Positions 28,256-36,779 of a stretch of 64,000 bases of DNA are shown here, in pieces; position 1 is the first letter of the stretch; every line of letters begins with the position of its first letter. Origin of the DNA: Terriglobales bacterium (lineage in GTDB: Bacteria; Acidobacteriota; Terriglobia; Terriglobales; Acidobacteriaceae); contig JBBIOA010000017.1 in NCBI GenBank assembly GCA_037443605.1, positions 20,739 through 84,738 on the forward strand. The letters are read 5' to 3'. Below the pieces are notes generated by a model that searched no databases, was not told where the DNA came from, and saw nothing but the letters and a program-made list of their open reading frames with translations. The translations under genes and the position numbers were made by a program.

Positions 28256-28804
28256 TTACACCGAGTGCGAAACGTCTTCAGCCGCCAGATCCGAGACCAC
28301 GTCCCCGTTGGTCGACGCCTGGGACACAGTCTTCCCGCGGCGCATGGCAACGATGCCGGTCCGGACCATCTCCAGCACGCCGTACGGACGGAGCACTTCG
28401 AGCAGGCCGTCGATCTTGTCTTCGCCACCCGTGATCTCGATGGTCAGCGAATCGGGCGCCACGTCGACCACTCGCGCGCGAAACACGCTGGCCAACTCCA
28501 GCACGTGCGACCGCGCCTCGTGCGTGGCCGCGACTTTGATCATCGCCAGATCGCGGATAATCGCGGGCGCGTTGGTGATGTTTTCCACCAGCAGCACGTT
28601 GACCAACTTGTAGAGATTGGCTTCGATGCGCCGTGCCTGATCGCGGTCGGCATCGACAGTGATCGTCATGCGCGAGACTTCAGGCTTCTCCGTCCGCCCG
28701 ACCGTCAGCGAATCGATGTTGAAGGCGCGCCGCCGAAACAGCGATGCCACGCGCGTCAGCACGCCCGGCTTATTTTCCACGTACACCACATATGTATTCA
28801 GCAT
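28256..28804 (-). CDS. ilvN: Acetolactate synthase small (regulatory) subunit
   Basis: Start at MLNTYVVYVENKPGVLTRVASLFRRRAFNIDSLTVG (ACT domain), 4 nt after the ilvB stop. Confidence 0.9.
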   Translation of the reverse strand: MLNTYVVYVENKPGVLTRVASLFRRRAFNIDSLTVGRTEKPEVSRMTITVDADRDQARRIEANLYKLVNVLLVENITNAPAIIRDLAMIKVAATHEARSHVLELASVFRARVVDVAPDSLTIEITGGEDKIDGLLEVLRPYGVLEMVRTGIVAMRRGKTVSQASTNGDVVSDLAAEDVSHSV

Positions 28805-28808
28805 GGGT

Positions 28809-30545
28809 TTACTCGTCCGCCGCCGTTTCCACAATCTTGCTGGGCCGCCGGATCATCTCGTGTAAAGACGCACCCGCCGCCACCATGGGGTAAACCGTGT
28901 CCTCCTGCTCCACCCGGAAATTGATGAGCACGGGGCCATCGTGTTTCCGCGCCGCCTGCACCGCGGGCACCACCTGCGACCGCTCGCTGACCGTCATGCT
29001 GCGAATGCCGTACGCCTCGCCCAGCTTGGCGAAATCCGGATTCAGCAGCGGCGTGGCCGCATAGTTGCGATCGTAGAAGAATTCCTGCCACTGCCGCACC
29101 ATGCCCAGGAAGCCATTGTTGATGATGGCGATGTTGACCTTTAACTTCTCTTGCACGATCGTCGCCAGTTCGCACAACGTCATTTGGAAGCCGCCGTCCC
29201 CGACCACCACCCAGACATCCGCCTCCGGCCGCGCCACTTTCGCGCCAATCGCCGCCGGTAACGCGAAGCCCATCGTTCCCAGGCCGCCGGAAGTGATCAG
29301 GCTGCGCGCCTTCTCGTGCTTGTAGTATTGCGCCTCCCACATCTGGTGCTGGCCCACGTCCGTCACCACGACGGTTTCGCCCTCGCGCGTCTCGCGCCAC
29401 AAGTCGTTGATCACGTGTGCCGCGTACAGATGGCCGCTGTCCGGCAGGTTCTGAATGTCGCGCACCGCCGCATCGCCCTTCAGCTTGTCGATGAAGTCCA
29501 GCCATTCGCTGCGGTCGATCGTTTCCACATGCGGCAGCAATTCGTGCAGCACTTCTTTCAGGTCGCCCACCAGCGGCACATCCACTTTCACGTTCTTGTT
29601 GATTTCCGCCGGATCGATCTCGATGTGAATCTTCTTCGCGTTCGACGCGTAGGTCTTGAGATTGCCGGTTACGCGATCGTCGAAGCGCATCCCAAAGGCC
29701 AGCAACAGGTCGGCTTCCTGAATCGTGTGGTTCACCCAGGCTTCGCCGTGCATGCCCATCATGCCGAGATTCAGCGGATGCGCCGCCGGGAATGCGCCAA
29801 TTCCCAGCAGGGTCATGGCTACCGGAATGCCAGCCTTCTCCGCGAACTCGCGCACTTCGTGCATCGCTCCGGAAATGACGATGCCATGCCCTGCCAGAAT
29901 CACCGGCCGCTTCGCCTTATGAATCAGTTCCAGCGCCTGCTCGTACTCCTTGTTCTCCGGCGAAAGGTCGGGACGGTAGCCCGGCAATTGCGGCTTGGCC
30001 GCTTCATAGTCGAACGCGCAGGTGGTCTGCTGTGCGTCTTTGGTGATGTCAATCAGCACCGGCCCCGGCCGCCCCGAGCGCGCCACGTAGAAGGCCTCGC
30101 GCACGGTGCGGGCCACTTCGCTGGCGTGCGTGACCAGGTAGTTGTGCTTGGTGATCGGCAGCGTGACGCCGGTGATGTCGGTTTCCTGAAACGCATCCGA
30201 CCCGATGAGCTTGCTCCCCACCTGCCCCGTGATGCACACGATGGGCGACGAATCGAGCATGGCCGTGGCAATCCCGGTCACCATGTTGGTCGCACCCGGG
30301 CCGGACGTGGCCACCGCAACGCCAACTTTGCCGCTGGCGCGCGCGTAGCCGTCGGCCATGTGCGTGGCGCCCTGCTCATGGCGTACCAGGATGTGATGGA
30401 TCTTGCTGCCCTTCAGCGCGTCGTACGCGGGCAGAATCGCACCGCCAGGATACCCGAAAACTGTCTTGACCCCTTCGCGCTCAATGCATTCCCACAGAAT
30501 GCTGGCGCCGGTCATGTTCTTGCCGGATTTTGTGTCTTCACTCAT
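28809..30545 (-). CDS. ilvB: Acetolactate synthase large (catalytic) subunit
   Basis: ThDP motif GGLGTMGFALPAAIGA...VVGDGGFQM and an FAD-binding middle domain. Start set at the ATG (MSEDTK...) preceded by AAGGAAGGG, rather than the upstream GTG of the track ORF. Confidence 0.9.
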   Translation of the reverse strand: MSEDTKSGKNMTGASILWECIEREGVKTVFGYPGGAILPAYDALKGSKIHHILVRHEQGATHMADGYARASGKVGVAVATSGPGATNMVTGIATAMLDSSPIVCITGQVGSKLIGSDAFQETDITGVTLPITKHNYLVTHASEVARTVREAFYVARSGRPGPVLIDITKDAQQTTCAFDYEAAKPQLPGYRPDLSPENKEYEQALELIHKAKRPVILAGHGIVISGAMHEVREFAEKAGIPVAMTLLGIGAFPAAHPLNLGMMGMHGEAWVNHTIQEADLLLAFGMRFDDRVTGNLKTYASNAKKIHIEIDPAEINKNVKVDVPLVGDLKEVLHELLPHVETIDRSEWLDFIDKLKGDAAVRDIQNLPDSGHLYAAHVINDLWRETREGETVVVTDVGQHQMWEAQYYKHEKARSLITSGGLGTMGFALPAAIGAKVARPEADVWVVVGDGGFQMTLCELATIVQEKLKVNIAIINNGFLGMVRQWQEFFYDRNYAATPLLNPDFAKLGEAYGIRSMTVSERSQVVPAVQAARKHDGPVLINFRVEQEDTVYPMVAAGASLHEMIRRPSKIVETAADE

Positions 30546-30560
30546 GGACCCTTCCTTATT

Positions 30561-30599
30561 AAAAGCAAAACCCACCGGGCCATTCAGTGGCGAGGCGGG
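30561..30599 (-). terminator. Candidate attenuator/terminator hairpin in the ilvB leader
   Basis: On the minus strand, CCCGCCtcGCCactgaatGGCccGGtGGG is followed by TTTTGCTTTT, 16 nt upstream of the ilvB ATG. Confidence 0.4.
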
Positions 30600-30629
30600 A
30601 TTCGGGAGCTTCGACGTTTTGCTTTGCGC

Positions 30630-30719
30630 TCAGCTCGCGGTTTCCCTCCACACCGCAAAAGGTACCGTAACTCGTACCCTGCGGACCACGATGCTAACTC
30701 GATGCAGATATCGATTCAT
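30630..30719 (-). CDS. Candidate 29-aa Val-rich ilvB leader peptide
   Basis: My translation is MNRYLHRVSIVVRRVRVTVPFAVWRETAS (7 Val, 1 Ile, 1 Leu). It lies upstream of the hairpin and T-tract. It is too short for the ORF track. Confidence 0.3.
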   Translation of the reverse strand: MNRYLHRVSIVVRRVRVTVPFAVWRETAS

Positions 30720-30819
30720 AGCTGCCGTCTAGATTGAATGATGGTACCGAAGCTGAGGGATTGCTGCAAGGGAAAAATCGACCGACCGGTCGGATGGTTT
30801 CTCCCTTCCTGCCGAACGC

Positions 30820-31569
30820 CTAAATTTGAACCACTCCCCGCCGTACGTCTTCCTCTGCCTGCGCGATGGTCCCCGGCCGGCCCAGGTCCCGCCAGTAGTA
30901 TCGGTCGGCGGCGAAGCCCAGGATCTTCTCTCCCCGGCCAGCCAGGCGCAGATACGAGGTGATAATCGAGAACGCGCCCTCTTCCGCGAGCATAGGCAGC
31001 AGTCGCGGTGAAATCACATGAATACCGGAAAACGCCCGCGCCTTCTCCCCCCGCGCAGGCCGCACGATTTCCTCACGGTCATGCGAATCCTTGACGCTGG
31101 TTCGACGTCCGAATAAGGCATCCGCTTCGTCAAAAAGGAGCAGGCGCGACGAGGCGCGATCCTGCACCGCCAGGGTCGCCAACGCGCCGCGTTCCTCGTG
31201 AAACTCGACCATGCGCTGAATATCGATGGTGCTGATCACATCGACGTTGTGCAGAATGAAGGGCGACTCCGGCGCTTCCAGAAAAAACCACGCTGCCTTC
31301 TTCAACCCACCGCCGGTGTCGAGTAGAACCTCTTCGCGGGAAATTTCGATCCGCATCCCGAAGTTGCCGTTCTTCTTCAGATACTCGACCACCCGGTCCG
31401 CGAAGTGATGCACATTGACGATGACGTCGCGAATGCCGAAATGCCGCAACCGCGCCAGGGTGACGTCGAGCAGCGTGCGTGCGGCCACTTCGACGAGAGC
31501 CTTGGGACGATCGTTGGTGAGCGGCCGGAGCCGCGTGCCCAGCCCGGCGGCAAGAATCATCGCCCTCAT
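30820..31569 (-). CDS. murU: MurU-like sugar-1-phosphate nucleotidylyltransferase (N-acetylmuramate-1-P uridylyltransferase family)
   Basis: MRAMILAAGLGTRLRPLTNDRPKALV... G-x-G-T-R nucleotidyltransferase fold. Overall similarity, from memory, to Pseudomonas MurU. Sits directly downstream of an AmgK-like kinase gene. Confidence 0.65.
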   Translation of the reverse strand: MRAMILAAGLGTRLRPLTNDRPKALVEVAARTLLDVTLARLRHFGIRDVIVNVHHFADRVVEYLKKNGNFGMRIEISREEVLLDTGGGLKKAAWFFLEAPESPFILHNVDVISTIDIQRMVEFHEERGALATLAVQDRASSRLLLFDEADALFGRRTSVKDSHDREEIVRPARGEKARAFSGIHVISPRLLPMLAEEGAFSIITSYLRLAGRGEKILGFAADRYYWRDLGRPGTIAQAEEDVRRGVVQI

Positions 31570-31593
31570 CGCTGAATTCTCATAGCACGCCCC

Positions 31594-33051
31594 TCACTGG
31601 CCTGCCTTCTGCGGCGTTGCCCTCTCAGCGGCCATGCGCTCCAGTTCGCGATGCGTCACCACAACCTCCACGCCGCTCCGTCCGCACAGATGCTTCGCCA
31701 GTTGCTCCGCCAGATACACCGAGCGATGTTGTCCTCCCGTGCATCCGAACGACACCATCAGGTGCTTGAAGCCGCGCTGTTGATAATTGCTGACGCTGGC
31801 ATCGACCAGTGTCATCACGCTGGCCAGAAACTGATGCACGCTCTCCTGCTGATGCAGATATTCGATCACCGGCGCATCGCGGCCGGTTAGAGGTTTGAAG
31901 CGATCTTCGCGGCCGGGATTGGGCAGGCTGCGCCCGTCAAAAACGAACCCGCCGCCGTTTCCGCTCTCGTCTTTCGGCAAGCCGCGATGGAACGAGAAAC
32001 TCGTGATGCGCACGTTGAGGTTGTCGGCATCGGAGGCAATGCGCTGCAGCGTTTCCGACGCCAGCATGCTGTGGAACGCTTCCAGCAAAGTGGGCAACGC
32101 GATCGGCAGCGTGACGTTGTGTTGCAGCCAGCGCAGATTCTTCAGCGCATACGGCACGCTCTGCAGGAAGTGCGCCTTGCGCTCATAGAAGCCGCGGAAT
32201 CCGTACGCCCCCAGCGCCTGCATAATGCGGATGTACACGTAGGCGTAGTAGTGCTGCAGGAAAGCGTCGCGCTTCACGTCGGCGAAGCGGGAGAGCGAGT
32301 CCAGGTAATGATCGAGCAACTGCTGGCGCAGTTCGGGCGGCAGATCGGCCTTGGCGTCGAACAGCAACGAAGCGACGTCATACTGCAGCGCGCCTTTGCG
32401 TCCGCCCTGATAGTCCAGAAAATACGGCTTGCCGTCGCGCAGCATGATGTTGCGCGACTGGAAATCACGATACAGAAAATAGTCGCGCGGAGCGCTTAGC
32501 AGAAACTTGGTGAGCCGGCTGAAATCATCTTCTAACGCCTGTTCGCTGAACGGAATTCCCGCCAGCCGCAAGAAGTAATACTTGAAATAATTCAGGTCCC
32601 AGGCAATCGACTGGCGATCAAAACTTCCACGCGGATAGCAAACCTTATAGTTCAGATCGCGTCCGGCCTCGATCTGAAATCGCGGCAGAATCGAGATGGC
32701 TTCGCGGTAGGCATCGATCACCGGCTGGGAAATCTGCTCCCCCGAGCGGTTCGTCGACAAGAACTCGAACAACGTGGTGTCGCCGAGATCTTCCTCCAGA
32801 TACGCGCCGTGATTCAAATCCTCGGCGTAAATTTCCGGTACGGGTAATCCGTGCTTGCGGAAATGCCGCGAGAATTCCAGGAACGCGACGTTCTCTTCGC
32901 GCACGTCGTACAAAATCCCGATGGCGCGCGCCTTCTCATTGCTCAGGCGGATGATTTTCCGTCCCGACCCGCCAAGCTGCCCCTGCAGTGGCTGCACCTC
33001 GGTCACCGGCGAGTGAAAATGCTTTTCGAAAAGTTGTTCCAGAACGTCCAT
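31594..33051 (-). CDS. Fusion protein: AmgK-like (APH-fold) anomeric sugar kinase plus RapZ/YvcJ C-terminal domain
   Basis: N-terminal part has APH-fold motifs YRDFQSRNIML and FLDYQGG. The last ~145 aa (nt ~31597-32031) match the RapZ C-domain: ITSFSFHRGLP...FVFDGRSLPNP...LTGRD..V..YL...MVSFGCTGGQHRSVYLAEQLA. Start uncertain (33051 preferred; 33129 possible). Confidence 0.75.
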   Translation of the reverse strand: MDVLEQLFEKHFHSPVTEVQPLQGQLGGSGRKIIRLSNEKARAIGILYDVREENVAFLEFSRHFRKHGLPVPEIYAEDLNHGAYLEEDLGDTTLFEFLSTNRSGEQISQPVIDAYREAISILPRFQIEAGRDLNYKVCYPRGSFDRQSIAWDLNYFKYYFLRLAGIPFSEQALEDDFSRLTKFLLSAPRDYFLYRDFQSRNIMLRDGKPYFLDYQGGRKGALQYDVASLLFDAKADLPPELRQQLLDHYLDSLSRFADVKRDAFLQHYYAYVYIRIMQALGAYGFRGFYERKAHFLQSVPYALKNLRWLQHNVTLPIALPTLLEAFHSMLASETLQRIASDADNLNVRITSFSFHRGLPKDESGNGGGFVFDGRSLPNPGREDRFKPLTGRDAPVIEYLHQQESVHQFLASVMTLVDASVSNYQQRGFKHLMVSFGCTGGQHRSVYLAEQLAKHLCGRSGVEVVVTHRELERMAAERATPQKAGQ

Positions 33052-33154
33052 GCGTGGCGGACGCACATCCGGCGTGGTCCCTTCACCAAGATACACCCGC
33101 ACGCATTCGTGCAACTGCGTAGGCATCATGGAGAGAAACAGAACATGAAATGTA

Positions 33155-33182
33155 GGGACAGCCGCCCTCGGCAGTTCGAAGC
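33155..33182 (+). repeat. Degenerate family-A repeat copy
   Basis: gggacagccgccctcggcagttcgaagc versus the canonical ggggacagccgccctcggctgtccgtcgagc. Lies in the hybD / kinase-fusion spacer. Confidence 0.4.
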
Positions 33183-33187
33183 AGAAG

Positions 33188-33733
33188 CTAGACAGGGCAG
33201 GAATCAGGAACTGGCAACTCGCTCCACCAGATCGCCGGTGAATCGGGCGCAAGCTTCATCTGATAAGTAAACCCGAGCCGGTCGAGTTCAGCCAGCACCG
33301 CCTCAATCGCCTTATCCACCGCTCGTTGCACCGGCTCGCTCAACGTCGCTCCCGGCTCGTAGCACTCACCCGCCACTCCGACGAGCAGCACGTGTTCCGG
33401 GGGCACACCCAACATCTCAGCAGCCATCAGGCATTCCGACAAAGCAGGGGAATGCGGATCGAGCCGCTGCGCCGGAGTCTCGCGCACAATCTCCTCTTTG
33501 CGGAACAGCTGGATCGTGCCCGCAGGCTGTTCACCGGCCACCGAATCCACCAGGATCAGCGCATGCTTGCCCACAATTTGATGAGTCAAATCCAAGGCAG
33601 GCGTGCCAAGATCGGCAATCTGCACACCCTCCGCAAACGAGTATCGCGCTTCGAGCATTCGCACCACGTAGGGCCCGATGCCGTCGTCGCCGAGCAGCAC
33701 GTTGCCAATCCCGCCGATGAGCGCCGCCTTCAC
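33188..33733 (-). CDS. hybD: [NiFe] hydrogenase maturation endopeptidase (HybD/HyaD family)
   Basis: GTG start in a GTGA overlap with the large-subunit stop. Contains LIGGIGNVLLGDDGIGPYV and ILVDSV motifs. Confidence 0.85.
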   Translation of the reverse strand: MKAALIGGIGNVLLGDDGIGPYVVRMLEARYSFAEGVQIADLGTPALDLTHQIVGKHALILVDSVAGEQPAGTIQLFRKEEIVRETPAQRLDPHSPALSECLMAAEMLGVPPEHVLLVGVAGECYEPGATLSEPVQRAVDKAIEAVLAELDRLGFTYQMKLAPDSPAIWWSELPVPDSCPV

Positions 33734-35430
33734 AGAATCTTCACCGCCGCAATCTTCCGTCCCGACGGATCGAAGGTGTGGCAGGCGCAGGCCATGCACG
33801 GATCGAACGAGTGTACTGTGCGCAAGACTTCAAGGGGCTCCTCGGGTCTCGCCAGTGGCGTGTGCAGCAGCGACGCCTCGTACGGACCATGCACTCCCGC
33901 GTGATCGCGCGGGCTCGCGTTCCACGTGGAGGGCACCACCGCCTGATAGTTCTTGATCTTCTCGTCTTTGATGACCACCCAATGCGAGAGCGTGCCACGA
34001 GGCGCTTCGTGCGTACCCACCCCTTCCGCTTCGTGGCTCGGCAACACCGGCTGGTTGTGCACGGTGTAGTCGCCTTTGGCAATGTTGTCGGTCAGCAGTT
34101 GCAGATGCTTCTGTGCAAGTTCCGCCAGCATGCAGGCGCGGATGGCGCGCGCCGCATGGCGTCCCAGCGTAGAATGCAGCGCCGCAGGCGTAGCATGGGG
34201 CCCACCCACCGCGGCAATCTTCTCAATCGCCAGGTTCGTATACTTGCGGGTCAGTTCGTGACCCTGCGCGTACCCGATCAAAACCTGCGCCAGCGGACCA
34301 ACCTGCATCGGCTCGCCGTTGAAGCGCGGCGCTTTCACCCACGAGTATTTCTGCTCGCTATTCCATCCGGTAAATGCAGGCTCCGTTTCGCCCGACCACG
34401 GATGCAGCGGCTTTTCGCCCTGGTAATATGCATGCATCACATCTTCAGTGACCGACTGGCGGAAAATCGGATCAGCGGCCGTTTGGAATGACGTCACTCC
34501 CGCAATATCTCCGCCGCGAATGTACCCGCCGGGCAGATCGTAGGACGATCCCTTGCTGTCGAGCGGCAGGTCAGGAACGGCCATGTAATTCGTCACGCCG
34601 CTGCCGATCTTGAACCATTCGGGATACATCGCCGCCACTGCGCACACATCCACGAAGTACACCTGCTGCACGAACGTCGCAACCTCAGCCAGCAGTCCGC
34701 GGATCATCTCCAGCTTTTCCATGCCGAGCGCCGACTGGCTGTCCAGGTCGATCGCGTTCGAAACTCCGCCCACGGTCAGGTTCTGAATGTGCGGCGTCTT
34801 CGACCCCAGCAGACCGACGACCTGCAATGCCTTGCGCTGATACTCAAGCGCCTGCACATAGTGCGTAAACGCCAGCAGGTTCACCTCGGGCAACAACTTC
34901 ATCGCCGGATGCCCCCAATACCCGTTGGCAAAAATTCCCAGCTGCCCGCTGGCTGCCACCGCATTCACCCGATCCTGCGCGGCTTTCAGTTCGTTGCGCG
35001 AGTTGCGCGTCCAGGGCGAAATGCTCTCCGCCAGCTTCGACGTCGCTGCCGGATCGGCTTTCGGAATGGTGAGCACATCCACCCAGTCCAGCGCCGACAA
35101 CTGATAGAAGTGCACAATGTGATCGTGCAGCGCGTGCGCAATCAGAATCAGATTGCGGATGTACTGCGCATTCGGCGGAATCTCCAGCTTGAGCGCATCT
35201 TCCACCGAGCGCACGCTGGCCATGGCGTGCACCGTGGTGCACACGCCGCAGAAGCGCTGCGTGAACAGCCACGCATCCCGCGGATCGCGCCCGCGCAGAA
35301 TCTTTTCGATGCCGCGCCACATGGTGCAAGACGCCCACGCGTTGCTCACGCTGTTGTTGTCGACCTCCACGTCGATGCGGAGGTGGCCTTCAATTCGGGT
35401 GATGGGATCGATTGTGATTCGTTTCGCCAT
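33730..35430 (-). CDS. hybC: [NiFe] hydrogenase large subunit (group 1, Hyb-type operon)
   Basis: N-terminal ITRIEGHLRI and RFCGVCTTVH (L1). C-terminal HSFDPCMACACH (L2, with Cys not Sec), followed by a cleavable tail. Confidence 0.95.
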   Translation of the reverse strand: MAKRITIDPITRIEGHLRIDVEVDNNSVSNAWASCTMWRGIEKILRGRDPRDAWLFTQRFCGVCTTVHAMASVRSVEDALKLEIPPNAQYIRNLILIAHALHDHIVHFYQLSALDWVDVLTIPKADPAATSKLAESISPWTRNSRNELKAAQDRVNAVAASGQLGIFANGYWGHPAMKLLPEVNLLAFTHYVQALEYQRKALQVVGLLGSKTPHIQNLTVGGVSNAIDLDSQSALGMEKLEMIRGLLAEVATFVQQVYFVDVCAVAAMYPEWFKIGSGVTNYMAVPDLPLDSKGSSYDLPGGYIRGGDIAGVTSFQTAADPIFRQSVTEDVMHAYYQGEKPLHPWSGETEPAFTGWNSEQKYSWVKAPRFNGEPMQVGPLAQVLIGYAQGHELTRKYTNLAIEKIAAVGGPHATPAALHSTLGRHAARAIRACMLAELAQKHLQLLTDNIAKGDYTVHNQPVLPSHEAEGVGTHEAPRGTLSHWVVIKDEKIKNYQAVVPSTWNASPRDHAGVHGPYEASLLHTPLARPEEPLEVLRTVHSFDPCMACACHTFDPSGRKIAAVKIL

Positions 35431-35453
35431 ATGCGCCTGTTGTGATCAGCTTC

Positions 35454-36779
35454 CTAGTCGGCACTCGCCGATTCGGTTTCCTTCTCGTTCTCGCCGAAAT
35501 GCCCGTACTTGAAATAACCCGTCCACCGGATGTAAGGCCGCCGGAAGCGGAAGTAACTCGCCATGTCGTGCCACTCCTGCAGCGGAGCGGGAAGAATTGC
35601 CAGCCGTTTCACCGCGATCAGGAATCCCAGAACGCCCAGCGAGATGAATCCCAGCGACACCAGGATTTCGATCGTCGCCGGAAAGTACAGCGCTTCGGGA
35701 TTCGGGCGGAACGCCAGCGTGGTCGGACTGAAGCGGTAGATCATGCCCCCGGCCGAACTCAGCACATAACCCACGAACATCGGCTGCGGATCATGGAAGC
35801 GCTGCGCCTTCCACAGCAGGTATCCTCCGATGCCGACCAGCAAAATCTCCAGCCAAAACACGCCCGCGAACCGGTCGAAGTGAAACGCAGTGCCCAGAGC
35901 CCCCCGGAACAGGATGTCGAGCAACCGCAGGCCGAGCCATCCGAAAATCAGCCACGCCGTGATGCGCGCTGCTTCGTCGAGCACATCCATGTCCATGCGC
36001 CGTTTCCACACCAGGCAGCACAGCATGGTCGTGCCGGCTACACATCCGAACGACATAAAGCAGGCCGCGCCCAGGTACAGCACCGGAAGCCACGGCGTCT
36101 GCCACAGCGGGTGGACGCGCTCCCCGGCCAGCAGCATCAGCGCACCGAGTGACGACTGATGCATGCCCGGCAGCAGATACGCCGCCGCGATGATCCACGG
36201 AAAGAAGTAGTGCAGGCGGCGTTCCACGTTCTCCACGCCGGGTCGCAACCGCGAATCGAAATACCACAGCCGCTCCAGCAGCGGCGGCAGGTTCTCCACC
36301 GCCAGCGGAATCATGGCGTAAATCGACATGCAGATTGCCACTTCCGCCAGCGGGGAGTGCATGTTCCACTTCCACGGAAACACCATCCAATAAAAATTCC
36401 ACGGCCGGCCTGCATCAATGCCCAGCAGCAACAGTCCGCAGGCATACGCCAGAAAGCTGGTCAGCAACGCCATCCGCATCAGCGAGTGCAGCCGCTTCCG
36501 CCGGAATACCCAGGCCGCAATCCCCACCGCGAACGCGCCCGAACCCAGCGCCGTCAGCACCATCAAGTTGAACGTCTTCCAGATGCCCCATCCATACGCG
36601 TCATTCATGCCGCTGACCGGACCCAGGCCCGCCAACTCCCGGTACCCGCTCAGCACGAATGCCACCAGCACCAGGGCGGCCAGCACCAGAAAAAACTTGT
36701 TGATGACCGGGAAGCCGTATACCGGCACATTCCGTTCCCAACGTGAACTCTGCTCGCGCTCGATCGCCGCCGTGCTCAT
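35454..36779 (-). CDS. hybB: NrfD/HybB-type integral membrane quinone-interacting subunit
   Basis: 441 aa, polytopic (about 10 TM), with an NrfD-like N-terminus (FFLVLAALVLVAFVLSGYRELAGLGPVSGMNDAYGWGIWKTFN). Positioned between the FeS and large subunits as in the E. coli hyb operon. Confidence 0.85.
   Translation of the reverse strand: MSTAAIEREQSSRWERNVPVYGFPVINKFFLVLAALVLVAFVLSGYRELAGLGPVSGMNDAYGWGIWKTFNLMVLTALGSGAFAVGIAAWVFRRKRLHSLMRMALLTSFLAYACGLLLLGIDAGRPWNFYWMVFPWKWNMHSPLAEVAICMSIYAMIPLAVENLPPLLERLWYFDSRLRPGVENVERRLHYFFPWIIAAAYLLPGMHQSSLGALMLLAGERVHPLWQTPWLPVLYLGAACFMSFGCVAGTTMLCCLVWKRRMDMDVLDEAARITAWLIFGWLGLRLLDILFRGALGTAFHFDRFAGVFWLEILLVGIGGYLLWKAQRFHDPQPMFVGYVLSSAGGMIYRFSPTTLAFRPNPEALYFPATIEILVSLGFISLGVLGFLIAVKRLAILPAPLQEWHDMASYFRFRRPYIRWTGYFKYGHFGENEKETESASAD

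Noticed and set aside
29316-30737. 473-aa ORF antisense to ilvB. The same class includes 12317-13762 (antisense to purL), 14688-15836 (purF), 46869-47924 (aminotransferase), 52252-53397 (thyX), 27187-28428 and 25227-26243 (c-di-GMP protein/ilvN), 39566-40606 (antisense to the acyltransferase-like gene), 35442-36152 and 36159-36746 (antisense to hybB)
   Set aside because: All overlap strongly supported genes on the other strand and have Arg/His/Gln-rich, motif-free translations.
33730-35430. Possibility of a [NiFeSe] hydrogenase, given selB in the window
   Set aside because: The C-terminal Ni-binding motif reads DPCMACACH with Cys codons and no in-frame TGA, so this is a standard [NiFe] enzyme.
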